A stretch of DNA of 64,000 nucleotides from NCBI GenBank assembly GCA_004022145.1, contig RCNU01000001.1; one strand, given 5' to 3'. Position 1 is the stretch's first letter, and each line of letters opens with the position of its first letter. The DNA is from Paecilomyces variotii. Taxonomy: Eukaryota. Positions 37,805 to 48,942 of the stretch are shown here, piece after piece. The notes below the pieces were generated by a model. The model saw only the letters and a program-made list of their open reading frames with translations, was not told the DNA's origin and made no database searches. Made by a program: the position numbers and the translations under genes.

Positions 37805-39980
37805 CTATCGTATTCTGTAATATTCCGGCGCATACTCAACAAGATAACCCTTCTCGATTTTGGTGATATCACGGATGAATGTCTTGTCGCCGGTCTGTAA
37901 TATCTCATGGAATATAACCCAATCTGCCTTACGATTCTAGGAGAGCATAGTTAGTATAAATAACCTCACGGAAACTAAAGCTGTAGGTAAAGGGGTGAAA
38001 CTCACAAACATCAACGAGCTTGGATGAGCATGCAAGGTGAGCCCTCCACTGACTGTCTTGAAAGTCCCATCAGGCTGCATCTTTGCAGCATGAGCAAAAT
38101 ACCCGGTGGTCAGACATCTCTGGATCTTCTCCGGCTGTCTGGAGAGGTCTGTTTGTTTCTCATTGGAGGAAAGAGACTCATCGACCTGGATTCCAAAGCG
38201 CTCTAAGTACCGTTTCAGCTGTGCCCTGATGCTGACAGCCCTTAACATTGATTTGTAGTTGAGATGATTCTCACGGCACCACTTCGAGTCCTTCTTTCCT
38301 CGAGTGACGAACGCATGGTAGACATTTAGATATGTCAAATGATCGCCTTCCTCAACAGCAAACTTCCTACGAGTGCTCTCCATAGCCTTTTTATCGCTCT
38401 CATGATGCGACCACACTGTGCCCTGGAGACTGACCATAGCAGCGATAGTAAGAATCTCGCTCAAGCACCCAAATGAGGGTGCGCTGAGAAGCACTTTTCC
38501 CATCATTGGCTCGACTGCTAGTTCCGCCATACGAATGCCAAGCGGCTTCGTGAGCTTGGCATAATCGTCCACAGCACCTAGGGAGTAAAGAAGCTCGAGT
38601 GCTCTAATTACAAGCTCAGCCGGCGGCGGTGACAGGAAATCGAAACGTACTATGTTGTCTATACCCAGCGCCTTCAACTGCAATATGACTGGCGCCAGGT
38701 TCGACCGCTGTATTTCTGGGACTGTAGCGTCTGCAAGGTTTTCGTACGATTGCTCTGTATAAAGACGGAAGCATTTCCCAGGTTTCGTCCTTCCAGCTCG
38801 ACCTGCACGTTGAGTGGCGGATGCCTTCGAAATCGGAACGGCGGTCAATGTCTCTATGCCGGTGGTCGGGTTGTACGCGCGCAATTTCGCAAAACCGCAG
38901 TCGATAACATACACTATGCCGTCAATTGTAACCGATGCTTCAGCGATATTTGTAGATACAATGACCTTGCGGGTATTCTGGGGTGCTGGTTCGAAGACGT
39001 AGAGCTGTTGTTCTGTTGTAAGACCGGCATATAGTGGAAGAGGGAGTAAAGATTGAGCCTTTGGATGAAGCATCTGCGCACGTTCAGATATCATCTGAAT
39101 GGTAGCATCAATTTCCTCTCGTCCGGTCAAAAATACCAGGATGTCGCCGTCTGGCTCTTGGGTATGTATATCGAAAATAGTCTTCACTGCACGTTCGACG
39201 TAGTCCTCAGCCGGGCTCTCCAGGTAGAGGATATCCACTGGGTACATTCTCCCTTCTAAACTGATAATTCTCCCAACGCTTCCACCAAGTTCGCCGTTGC
39301 CGGCTTCGATTTGAAACTCATCGCCAGCAAAGAAGCGTAGAAAGTCTTCAGCTTGCAGGGTAGCACTGCTGATCACTATTCGAAGATCAGATCTCTTCTT
39401 TCTGATTTTCTTCAGAACGCCCAGGAGCACATCCGTACTCAGGGACCGCTCATGAGCCTCATCAACCATAATGACGGAATACCGTGATAATAGAGGATCC
39501 ACAAGAGCCTCTCGAAGGAGTAAGCCGTCGGTCAGAAACTTGATCCTCGTTGCTGCTGACGTCAGATCCTCAAAACGGATCGAATATCCAACCTCTTCTC
39601 CGACATTGCAGCCCATCTCTTCTGCAACTCTCGTGGCCACGGTTGTGGCAGCCACCCGCCGAGGCTATATATACGCGTTAGTTAACATGAGTCACTCAGT
39701 CACTAGCGACAAAAACAACGCGAGAGTAATCATTGAAAGAGAATAACTAACCCACCTGCGTGACTCCTATAACTTTGCCGTCTGCTGTCCATCCTGCTTG
39801 GTCAAGATACTGCGGTAACTGCGTTGTCTTCCCGCTTCCAGTTTGTCCGACCACAATCGTTACAGGATAGGTCTCAATGAGGTAGAGCAAGCTCTGTTTG
39901 TGCCTAGCAATAGGAAGTAATGATGATGGCTTATATAATGAGGGGATAAAGGTGGTGGAAAGATCGAAATCCGAAGCCAT
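37805..39980 (-). CDS. DHX35: DEAH-box RNA helicase DHX35-like, 3 exons
   Basis: GQTGSGKTTQLPQYL, DEAHERS, SAT and QRAGRAGR motifs, HA2 region; last exon ends PEYYRIR* at 37805. Confidence 0.85.
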
Positions 39981-40441
39981 TTTTAGCTGCCCGTTTATTT
40001 TTGACCTGGACAGATCTAGAGTGAGGAATAGTAGATGGAAGGATCATTATAATCATGCATATTTCATAGTAGATCCCCAGAAGAGACTTCAGTGCATCGG
40101 AGGCACAGGTCAGCTTTACTAGAACGCAGGAACAATGCTTTGAGCTAGATCGTTAGCCATCCAGTTAGATAGGATGAACGAGGCGTGCAGCTCCTTAGGT
40201 ACTTACATAAGCATGCAACTAGGAGATCCCACGTGATTCATGCAATGTCATGCTTCGCCCCACGCGGTTGTGGCTTAGGCTGTTTTGGAGCTTCGGCGTA
40301 CAGCGATGAGAGGCGGAGATCTATCGCCCTGGCTCCTTATATCTTCCAACGGTTCTGCCTGATTCCAGTCACCTTTTCCATTAGAAAGTTCCCCATCACT
40401 TTGGTTCAACAAAAGATCCCATTGCTGCGACACTGTTCCCC

Positions 40442-41898
40442 ATGGCAGACGAAGACAAGACCGTATTTCACCTCCATACCTCCCTGTAGTTAACATGACA
40501 AGCTAACTGGGTTCAAAGGCCACGCCCACCAAGGCTGCGGCGGCGCTCAGCAGTCCTAAGCCTGAGTCCCCGACTACGGCACGTCCTCTAGACTTCGATG
40601 GCGATGATGAACCACAAGAAAGCGGCGTTACTTCATCTTCAGCAGCTCCGGGACAATCTGCGGAATCGGCACCTGCCCCGCCGCCGAAACCACCACGGCC
40701 ATTGACTCCGCAACAACAAGCCGAGAACACCCTCAAGGAAGCATTTCCGACTGTCGAAGCCTCTGTTGTCAAGGCCATTCTCGTAGCAAGCGGTGGGAAC
40801 TTAGAGAGGGCTTTCCATGCGCTTCTGGGTTGGTGACTCTCATTTATTGATTGCAGATGTAATGCTGACTCTGTTGGCCTAGGCATGACCGATCCCAACG
40901 CCCAACAGGAAGACCTGCCACCTCCAAGGCCTCCGCGACCATCGACTGCCACATCTACAGCGCAGAGCCAGCTCGAGGCTGACGAGCGGTATGCCCGCCA
41001 GCTGGCAGAACACTACAGCGGGGCCGCCCGTCGAGGACCACCATCGGGCTGGGACGGGAACCAGCGCCCGCGAAGCAGAAGAGAAAGTGGAGAGGAACGG
41101 GAATATAGCTTTTTTGATGGTAACGCGATGCTGGCCTCTGGTATGAATTCTGATCACTAATCACCTTCGACAAACAGACGACCTTCCTGTAATCCGCGAG
41201 AATATCCGTAAGGGATTCTTGGATACACAGTCGAAAGTGAATTCCTGGGTCCAGAATTTGAAGAAGAAGCTCGATGGCGAAGAAGACGAAGATCAGCCTG
41301 CAGGAGGATATCATCGCGACAGCGGCAGCTATGGCAGGCCCAGACGCAGTGGCGATATGGGCCGTCGCAGCGCTGATCGCGAGCGCTATGATGCAGACCC
41401 TCAAGTAATCAGCGACGACTTCGCGACACTGGAGTTACGGGATGCTGAAGGTCTGTTATTGCTTGCATGAGAGGAGCATCCAGAGACTAACGCATCTTCA
41501 TAGTGCCCCCACCTCGTCCAGCTCGACCACTCGCAAACCCGAATCTATTCAAGACCTCTTCTCCTTCTCCAGATAGGCGTAAGGTCTCCTTCCAAGAGGG
41601 TCCACCTGAAGAAATTGACAATCTTTACGATGCTCCAGAATCCGCCCAACGCGCACCGTCCACCGGAGGCAAGTCCAGCAAATGGCAGCCCTTGGCTACT
41701 GTCGATCCGTCTCCTGTGGGAGAACACGACCCATTTAGCCTCGGCGACAGCGATGATGAAAAGGAAACGAAAAATAAAGATGCCAATGCAGACGAAGCGG
41801 ATCGTGTGAAGCAAGCTACGACCGAAGCGATAGCTGGGGAAATCGGATCCAGCTCGAAGGATGATAATAGACCGGAGAATAAGGAGACGGGACATTAA
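40442..41898 (+). CDS. CUE5: CUE-domain ubiquitin-binding protein (Cue5-like), multi-exon
   Basis: LKEAFPTVEASVVKAILVASGGNLERAFHALL CUE domain, QLEADERYARQL and DDLPVIRENIRKGF. Confidence 0.82.
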
Positions 41899-42207
41899 AC
41901 ACGATCTAGTAGTCATATTTCTTTTTTCTTTTCTCGGCATCGCCCAGATTGTGATATCCATTTTGTCAATATGTATTTCCTTTCAGGACTCTCCCGCTCC
42001 AGCTGCGTGATTACAACCCGCAGCATGCGTATGCATCATAAGCGTGCCAAAGTTGGGCATATAATCTCATAAGCTCCGTCCTTACCATACGGATTCTGGG
42101 CCTTACAAGAAGACTGAAATGGGTATCTCTCATTGGAAATAAATAGTGTTCGTAGCGTCATAAAACCCAACCGTCCAAAGTCCATATTCTCCCCAAAATC
42201 ACCATCC

Positions 42208-42619
42208 TCAGTCCGCTCTGCCAGGTAGACCTCGTCTTGCTGCGGATGCGGGGGCTGCTTTTCTCAAGTCTTGGATGACCGCCTGTAACACGATCCGTAT
42301 CAGCTTCTGCCCCCTTCGTGCCGAAACCCTCCCACGTCCAGTATTGTTCTCAATGACTCACCGCAAGCGCATCTGGATTGACGCCATTCTCGATTAGCGA
42401 CACACAAAGAGAAAGCTCGGTTCGATCGAGATGTGTATTCTAGAAAGAAAGAAAAAGAAAAAAGGGAAAAGCGATTAGTAGCTTGACACCATTTTTAACC
42501 AAGACCCCGTTGACACAGGATCTTCGAAAGGGGAAACTTACCAGCAACGTGGAGATTTCGTGTAAGATATCAATGACTTCTCTCGCAGCCTGCCGCTTGT
42601 CATCTTGTTGGGAAGGCAT
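42208..42619 (-). CDS. MZT1: Mitotic-spindle organizing protein 1 (MOZART1), 76 aa; exons 42619-42542, 42439-42362, 42282-42208
   Basis: Spliced product MPSQQDDKRQAAREVIDILHEISTLL/NTHLDRTELSLCVSLIENGVNPDALA/AVIQDLRK matches the MOZART1 signature. Missed by the ORF track. Confidence 0.92.
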
Positions 42620-43094
42620 TTTATTCGCTGAGGATGCGCAGGAACATAGTCTTGCGGGGAGACTCGTTAAAAGGTGATTGACGCGCGAAGTCGCGGTAGA
42701 CTAGATTATTAGTTCCTGACTGTGCCAAGTAGGTAGTGGGCTCCTCGTTGCGCCGGCGTTGAGCTAATCTATTTCAGAATTAGTTACTGTGTCCTACTTA
42801 TTCCGAGCCAATTAAATGCATAGTATATACTATATACTTACTTCAATAAACGGCCGGGCATAACGCGCCTAATAGATCCAGTGATTATACAGCGGACTAC
42901 GCTGATAACTATAAGTTTCGTATGTACTTAACTATCCTATTATTTTACTACTACACGTCTCTGCTTTAGCTACGGCCCTAAAAGAGCCGCATTGCCCGGG
43001 TGCTACCACGTGGAGGTACAGAGTCCGATTTCAGCACCCTTCCCCCTCTTTCTTATCAGTACAGCTACGATGCCCGGGTTGATCGCAAAATACT

Positions 43095-43328
43095 AATTGA
43101 TACTTGCAGTTCAGCCCTCCTGAGACACCTTGAAGCGTTCGGCTTACAGCCTAGTTGTCATCAAGGACCCAGTCGAAGCCTACCCACGAAGAAGAGCAAC
43201 TAGTATAGGATCGTCATGTCGTCAATTGATACTTGCAGTTCAGCCCTTCTGGGACACCTTGAAGCGTTCGGCTTACAGCCTAGTTGTCATCAAGGACCCA
43301 GTCGAAGCCTACCCACGAAGAAGAGCAA
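43095..43328. repeat. Direct repeat: two 105-bp copies (43095-43199, 43224-43328) with a 24-bp spacer and 2 mismatches
   Basis: AATTGATACTTGCAGTTCAGCCC...CCCACGAAGAAGAGCAA read twice; the copies differ only at CCTCCTGAG vs CCTTCTGGG. Confidence 0.95.
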
Positions 43329-43420
43329 TTGTCCAACAGAGCATGACCCGGCTCGAGTCTGATACTGATGTTTCCTAACCCGCAAGCCCCTCATCGCTAT
43401 AATGTGCACGTCTAGAACTT

Positions 43421-44365
43421 CTAGACGGACAGCATTATAGCGATGATAACCCTGGCGAAGTCGGCCATCTCGACACGGTTGCCAATTCGGTACGGACCGA
43501 ACCGGTTCATCTTTGCATGGCTAGCGCACTGTGGGTTACCTCCATTGAGATAACTTTTCCAGCTTCGGCCGTATTCAAAGATGCAAACGTATAGTTCGGA
43601 TCCGTCCTGCGAGACGAGAGCTCGCCTTGTTCCATTAGATAGATTTCTCCACAAGGTCCCATTGAGTGGTACTCACCAGGGTCTCGGAGCAGCGTCCGGA
43701 AATTCTCTGATCCAGGCCACCATCTGGGCAGTCTCCTGGAATTCGACTTGAGGACTGTGCCTCAGTCTTTCGTCCCGCTTGCACTCGACAAGCGCCAAGA
43801 TGTGCTTGGTCGTCACCTCCTGCAGCTGCCCATCGGTGACAGCAGTGAACTTTCGACCACTGCCAAAGTCCGCTTCGAGTGGGATCCTGTTCGCGCTCCA
43901 TTCGCCGCTGATCGGCGTAGCTACCATACTCAGGGCTTGTAAGTAGGAGATGATCGACGCATTCACCACCGATTCAGAGCGACGGGTCAACTTTGACCCT
44001 CCTGACAGGAAAGCCTGCTGCTGCTGCGCCAATGGCACCTTGAACAAAGTGTCTTGGTGCCATTGGCTTAGGCTCGTGGCGCCGCCGGAAATCCTCTGCA
44101 GGTATGCTTGGAAATCCGCACTTCCCAGAAGGAGAACACCAGCCTGTTGATATTCAACAGACAGCCCGAAGAGGTTGGCATCGAAGCACTCTCTTGTCGG
44201 CGGGAACAACGTTCTGAAGAGCAGGAATTGCTCTTCCGTTACTCTGGAGCCGGATTGCAGGTTATTCGGGGATACCGCCAGCGACTTCCCCTGGAGGTTC
44301 CTTTCCCGGACCTCCTCTCGCCATTCTGCGGCAGTTTGACAGAGAATCGGGTGAGCTGTTGCCAT
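43421..44365 (-). CDS. Hypothetical protein (~297 aa) with PD-(D/E)xK/REase-like motif; exons 44365-43677, 43625-43421
   Basis: In-frame GTGAGT..AAG intron. Motif ESVVN...TAVTDGQL-x9-LVECKR...QETAQMVAWI followed by LVSQD..ELY. Confidence 0.7.
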
Positions 44366-46286
44366 TATCACCAATATCACAATGAGGACAGATTGGGGGC
44401 TTCCTGAAGGAGAAAGGTGAGATATCTGATGCAACGGATCGAGCGAAGATAGAGGTGGTGGAAAGACAGGAACAGAATGAGGATGTGGGTTTAAGAAATC
44501 ACTACAGTCGCTTATGGGGTCTTGTGTTATAAGCCAAAAGATTGTGGAAGGGAGTTCCCACCCCTTCTCACTGTAACCTAGAAAAGACAAAGAGAAAACT
44601 ACATAATGCTTGATTGTAGCAGTTTTCTTTGTAGATTTTCAGTTTTCAATTTAACCACTAGAGGCCAATCTTAGATTAGAACTTATGTGTTTACAGAATC
44701 GATGTTTGTGCTATACAGATCGCCGGTTACTGCTTCAAGAAAAGTGAGGTGGGACCAGCAGGTATCCATCGAAAGCATAGGGGGAAATTGACAATATTCC
44801 ACTAGTCTGTCTGTACTTACTCCATAGTTTCTATATATTCTAGAGTGATATCTGAACTAACGTGCATAACAGCTCTAGATATCCTAATAGCTAGTAGTTG
44901 TAATCGCCGTGCGGCCCAGTAGATAAGAAGAGTCAGATAATTACGAACTTGGCGGTAGAAGAGAGAGGGCTTTTTGTTAGCGTTAATGCACAGAGCGTAT
45001 GTATAGGTGATCTGGCATACTGTCTACTTTTATCAAATTTAATTCCAAGGATAGAACTAACTAGATCCTTCAGATCTAGATTATCTGTATAATTAGGAGA
45101 TAAATATAGTATCAGCACAGAAATAATACCGCCTGTTAGAAAGAATTTAGGTGCATTTTGTCAGCACTCACAGCTTCAATAGAGGCAAGTCGCAAAAACC
45201 ACTACTACCCTATACAAACGGTATAAAGGAATCAACGGGAAGCCACCTACATCCACCAATATAGGATCAAAGCAGACACGCCGGAACCAGGGAATGCTCA
45301 GGAATAGTAACAAACACAGTGCTCCAGGCAGCAGTAATTCAGGCTGGAGTCCATGGGCCTCAATAGCTAATAGATGTTGATACCTTCTTATTCTTCAAGC
45401 AATCAAGATCTTATTCCCATATCAGATACTCTTCATATCTTTGCTTCCGTGGTCTTAGATTCCCTATAATTTGAACCCATATTCATTTCTATAGGCATAC
45501 AAAGAATCTAGTAATCAAGTAATCTAGTAACTTCTATCCTATAATTAGGATCCAAAGGACCTGCCGCAAACGGATGATTGTCAGAGCACCTGACGTTCGC
45601 TTTGTGCGCCGACAACTTGGGGAAATGATCTTTATCGCTTGACTACTAGAAGATGGCTAAATCCATCGACTACTTGTGCCCGGGGACACTATCCTGATGA
45701 TCTCTGCCTAAAACACTGTCACTGTCACCGTTTGTGCATTGCCCTGTTCCAGGTCGTCTTCTTTGACCTTAATCTGGTCGAGCAGGTGACTGATGCTGAT
45801 TATTCTATTGGGTGCCCTCTACAAAGAGTAATACCTAGTGGCACTTTGCAGTTTGGCTTGCGATAAAGCATTTGCTGACTGACTGACACAAACCTTTTAC
45901 AGAATACTGTAACTGGGACTAAAATAAAGATAGACAACAAAGCTGGGTCTCCATCCTGCTAATATTCTTGGTTGAAGACTTAATCTAAGGTACGGGTGTA
46001 AGCCTTTCCTAGGTAACCGACTAACCTACCTAGGTAACTAGCGGGCGGGAGACTACCGTAGGTATTATTATTATTAATAGGGCTGATTGGATAACTTAGC
46101 TACATCAGAGTGACCTGAGACAATTTCCGGCCCTGCTGCCTTCAGTGAATGCAAGGACTTAACTGTTACACAAGCTGTCATTTCTCATTTTTACCTTACT
46201 CGATCTTTTGCACTGCCATTTGAGAATTCTACCACCATTCTTATTCCTTATTCGAATTTCACCACGTTTCTCATCTTTACCTCAGA

Positions 46287-47271
46287 ATGGCGAAGGAAAA
46301 GCCGCGCAGGGCTCTAAATGCCCTATGGGAGGATCTGGAGGGGTCGTTCGTTGTCGCGGAGAAAGGAGGAGTTGTTGGCAACGACATTCTGAAGCAGCTC
46401 AGAATCAAGGTCCATCCTCTCGAGATAAATCCCCGCGGGAGTGTCTCGATGACTATCGATAATCCGCCTTTCCTGTTCGAGATACTCCCAGACTCAGAGC
46501 TCAGAAAAGGCCCCCTGCCAAAAGGATCGGTACAATTTCGGGAGTACCTGGAGCCTTCTCAGAGGCCTGAAGGGTCTCTTGACTATTACTGGCGCCCAGA
46601 GGCCTGTGCTAGGGAAGTCTCACAGTACATAACCTATTTTGCTCGCAGGACGTTCCGCAAGCTACCGAAATCTAGACAGTTGAGTTCCATCAGGTAAGCT
46701 GGTACATCCACGAAAATGAGCAAGTGATGTGATCACTACTGATTGAAGTTACAGCCATCCCGACCCGTTTCTGCTGTGGGGAGACCTCGATCGCAACTAT
46801 GGTTTGTCCTGGAGCACCCACGTGCTCCTGGAGGCCCCGAAAAGCGATGGGTACCCAATTAAGCCGCATATTACTATGACAACGGTTATAGATCGCGTTG
46901 GCCAAGATGGTTCTATCTTCTATGAGGAATTGGCACCTCTGGTTGCTGCTATGCGAAACAGAGCAAACCAGCCAGAGGTGCCTCCTGAGCAATGGGAGTC
47001 CCTATTGGAGCTACTGGATATAGGAGAGCTCCCCGACAAACGTGTCTTCAGAAATGAAAAGATATTCCCTGTGTTAATGTTGTCGTTTCTCGGCCCTCAG
47101 CATGCACGGGTATTTTACGCTCGCATGAATGGAAATGAACTCGTGATCGGACAGTCAAAGCTCTATAGCTTTGAACGGAAGAATGATGCAAACATTGAGC
47201 TTTTTGCTCGACTTCTTCTGAGCACTCCGATCAGCATCGGGGAGTGGCAGCGCACTTCCGAGATTCGATAG
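46287..47271 (+). CDS. Hypothetical protein (~307 aa); exons 46287-46693, 46755-47271
   Basis: ORFs 46287..46697 and 46804..47271 join via a GTAAGC..TACAG intron. C-terminal FPVLMLSFLGPQHARVFYARM..LVIGQSKLYSF is globular-looking. Confidence 0.72.
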
Positions 47272-47906
47272 ATACTCAAGGAAGGTTAGAAGAAGCCTGG
47301 TTCATGATGTATGGAGGGAGAGTTGTTTCGTTCTGGCCCAGTATGTTGTTGTTGCTAAGACTTTGGATTTATTCCGTCATAATAATGATTCTTATAAATG
47401 CCTTACCGTTCCCAACTCGTTAGTATGAAGGAATATCTTTATTTACCCTCAGGATTACTAGACTGTCATTAAAGGTATTAAAAAAAGCCCCCATATGTCG
47501 GTAATACTCAGGTTAGGAGTAGGGTTGGTTCAATCGATATTCGAGGACTCAAAGCTGAATCAAGGATCCAAAGGGGTCCTGCCATACTTACCGGCCGCCT
47601 TCCTGAGTAGTTCAATCTTATCCTGTTATATTCGCCAGGAAATTAAAGACACGCTTTCGCGACTTTCGATCACATCAATAATTGTCCGTTTGACTGGCGC
47701 GTAGCCGCCGTTCTGCAAGGTTGCCCACTAAGTACGGTAAAGGAGGCGGGATCGCTTCCGGACGGAGATCCACGTTTTCCCTTGTTAACCGAGCCGAGCT
47801 TGATCCTTCACTACTGATATCTATCCCCTTGGAGCGACAGACGCTCAATTTGACGGAGGGTGGAACTAATATCCGTGGATCTGGGGTCTACGTGCATCTC
47901 TGAGGA

Positions 47907-48410
47907 ATGTCGGCGGATCTCTGGATATCTGATATCCATTCTCTAGGGCAGCAGGACGCGGTGGACATTCTTGCGCGTATAGCACGCGTCGAGAAGAAGA
48001 CCTTCCCTTCTAGCGAGGCGTGGGACTTCGGTGCCGATCTATGGAGGAAGAAGCCTAACACTCGAGTTCTATACGCGACGAATGCACCGCCTTTGTCTGG
48101 ATCAGGGAACCCTCCTGTGCTGATCGCCTATGCGCTCTATGTGCGGCAGAAGGGAACGGCCCTGCTGCACAAGGTCTGCGTCGCAGAGCCGTACCGTGGA
48201 CAAGGAGTCGGACAGAAGCTGATGAACTACATCAGTGAGCGGCTTCGACGAGAGGGCTGTCAGTACATCCAGTTGTGGGTCGACAAGGCCAGGGCGCCTG
48301 CACGAGCGTTGTACGCTCGTTCTGGCTTTCAAGAGCGTGAAGCGATCGACGACTACTATGCGCCTGGCCGCACCGGAATAAGGATGGTGCTCGATCTTGA
48401 ACATGGTTAA
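47907..48410 (+). CDS. GNAT-family (RimI-like) N-acetyltransferase
   Basis: VCVAEPYRGQGVGQKLM acetyl-CoA motif A, and ARALYARSGF..DYY. Confidence 0.88.
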   Translation: MSADLWISDIHSLGQQDAVDILARIARVEKKTFPSSEAWDFGADLWRKKPNTRVLYATNAPPLSGSGNPPVLIAYALYVRQKGTALLHKVCVAEPYRGQGVGQKLMNYISERLRREGCQYIQLWVDKARAPARALYARSGFQEREAIDDYYAPGRTGIRMVLDLEHG

Positions 48411-48942
48411 TCAGCTATGCATAAGAATTTCCATTTACGATCATCTAATTTCGAATTGAAGCGAGGTCTCTCTCCTTCATTGCCTTCTGAGCCCTTCTCC
48501 CTTTTGCTATCGACTCGAAGGTCTGGCGGTGGTTGGACTCCTTGATAACGCGGGAGTTGGCCCCTTGCAGGATCGCGAAGGTGGCCGATAGGGCTGTCAA
48601 CGTCCCCGCGATGCTGCACGCTCCCTGTCAGCCCTTGTGCATTTCTTGACGTCGAACATAGCCAGGCATGGCTATCTTGAAAGGGGGGCTACACGCCTCG
48701 CGTTTGCCCTTCGATGCCCTTCCTTCCTTGGGTAAAACTCCCCAGGGGACCTCGTCGAGGTTCCTCGGGCGAGTGCTGGAAATCTTTCAATCTGTCTGCT
48801 GCCAAACTGCTTCCTCATTCCTTCTTGTCATGTCTTTGTGACCCTCATCGACGTCTCGCGGCCTTTCGGCTGTCATTTGCAGCATCCAGGACGATCCAAC
48901 GGTGTTCACGGACAGTGACACGGTTGATTCGCCTCAGATAAT

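Noticed and set aside
43095-43328. Repeat-spacer-repeat as a CRISPR-like array
   Set aside because: Only two long (105-bp) copies, eukaryotic context and no cas genes; a simple duplication.
43673-44590. TTG-initiated N-terminal extension of the REase-like ORF (and the GTG extension of ERB1 from 29719)
   Set aside because: Non-ATG starts are artefacts of the ORF caller in a fungal genome; the ATGs at 44365 and 29854 are more plausible.
45170-45360. Minus-strand hydrophobic peptide LLFLSIPWFRR resembling a ferric-reductase TM fragment (Starship-type cargo)
   Set aside because: Too short, lacks the conserved His residues, and no tyrosine-recombinase captain or element boundaries are visible in the window.
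44600-46100. TpA-rich spacer as a RIP-mutated transposon
   Set aside because: The composition is suggestive, but I could find no terminal repeats, target-site duplication or transposase/RT motifs.
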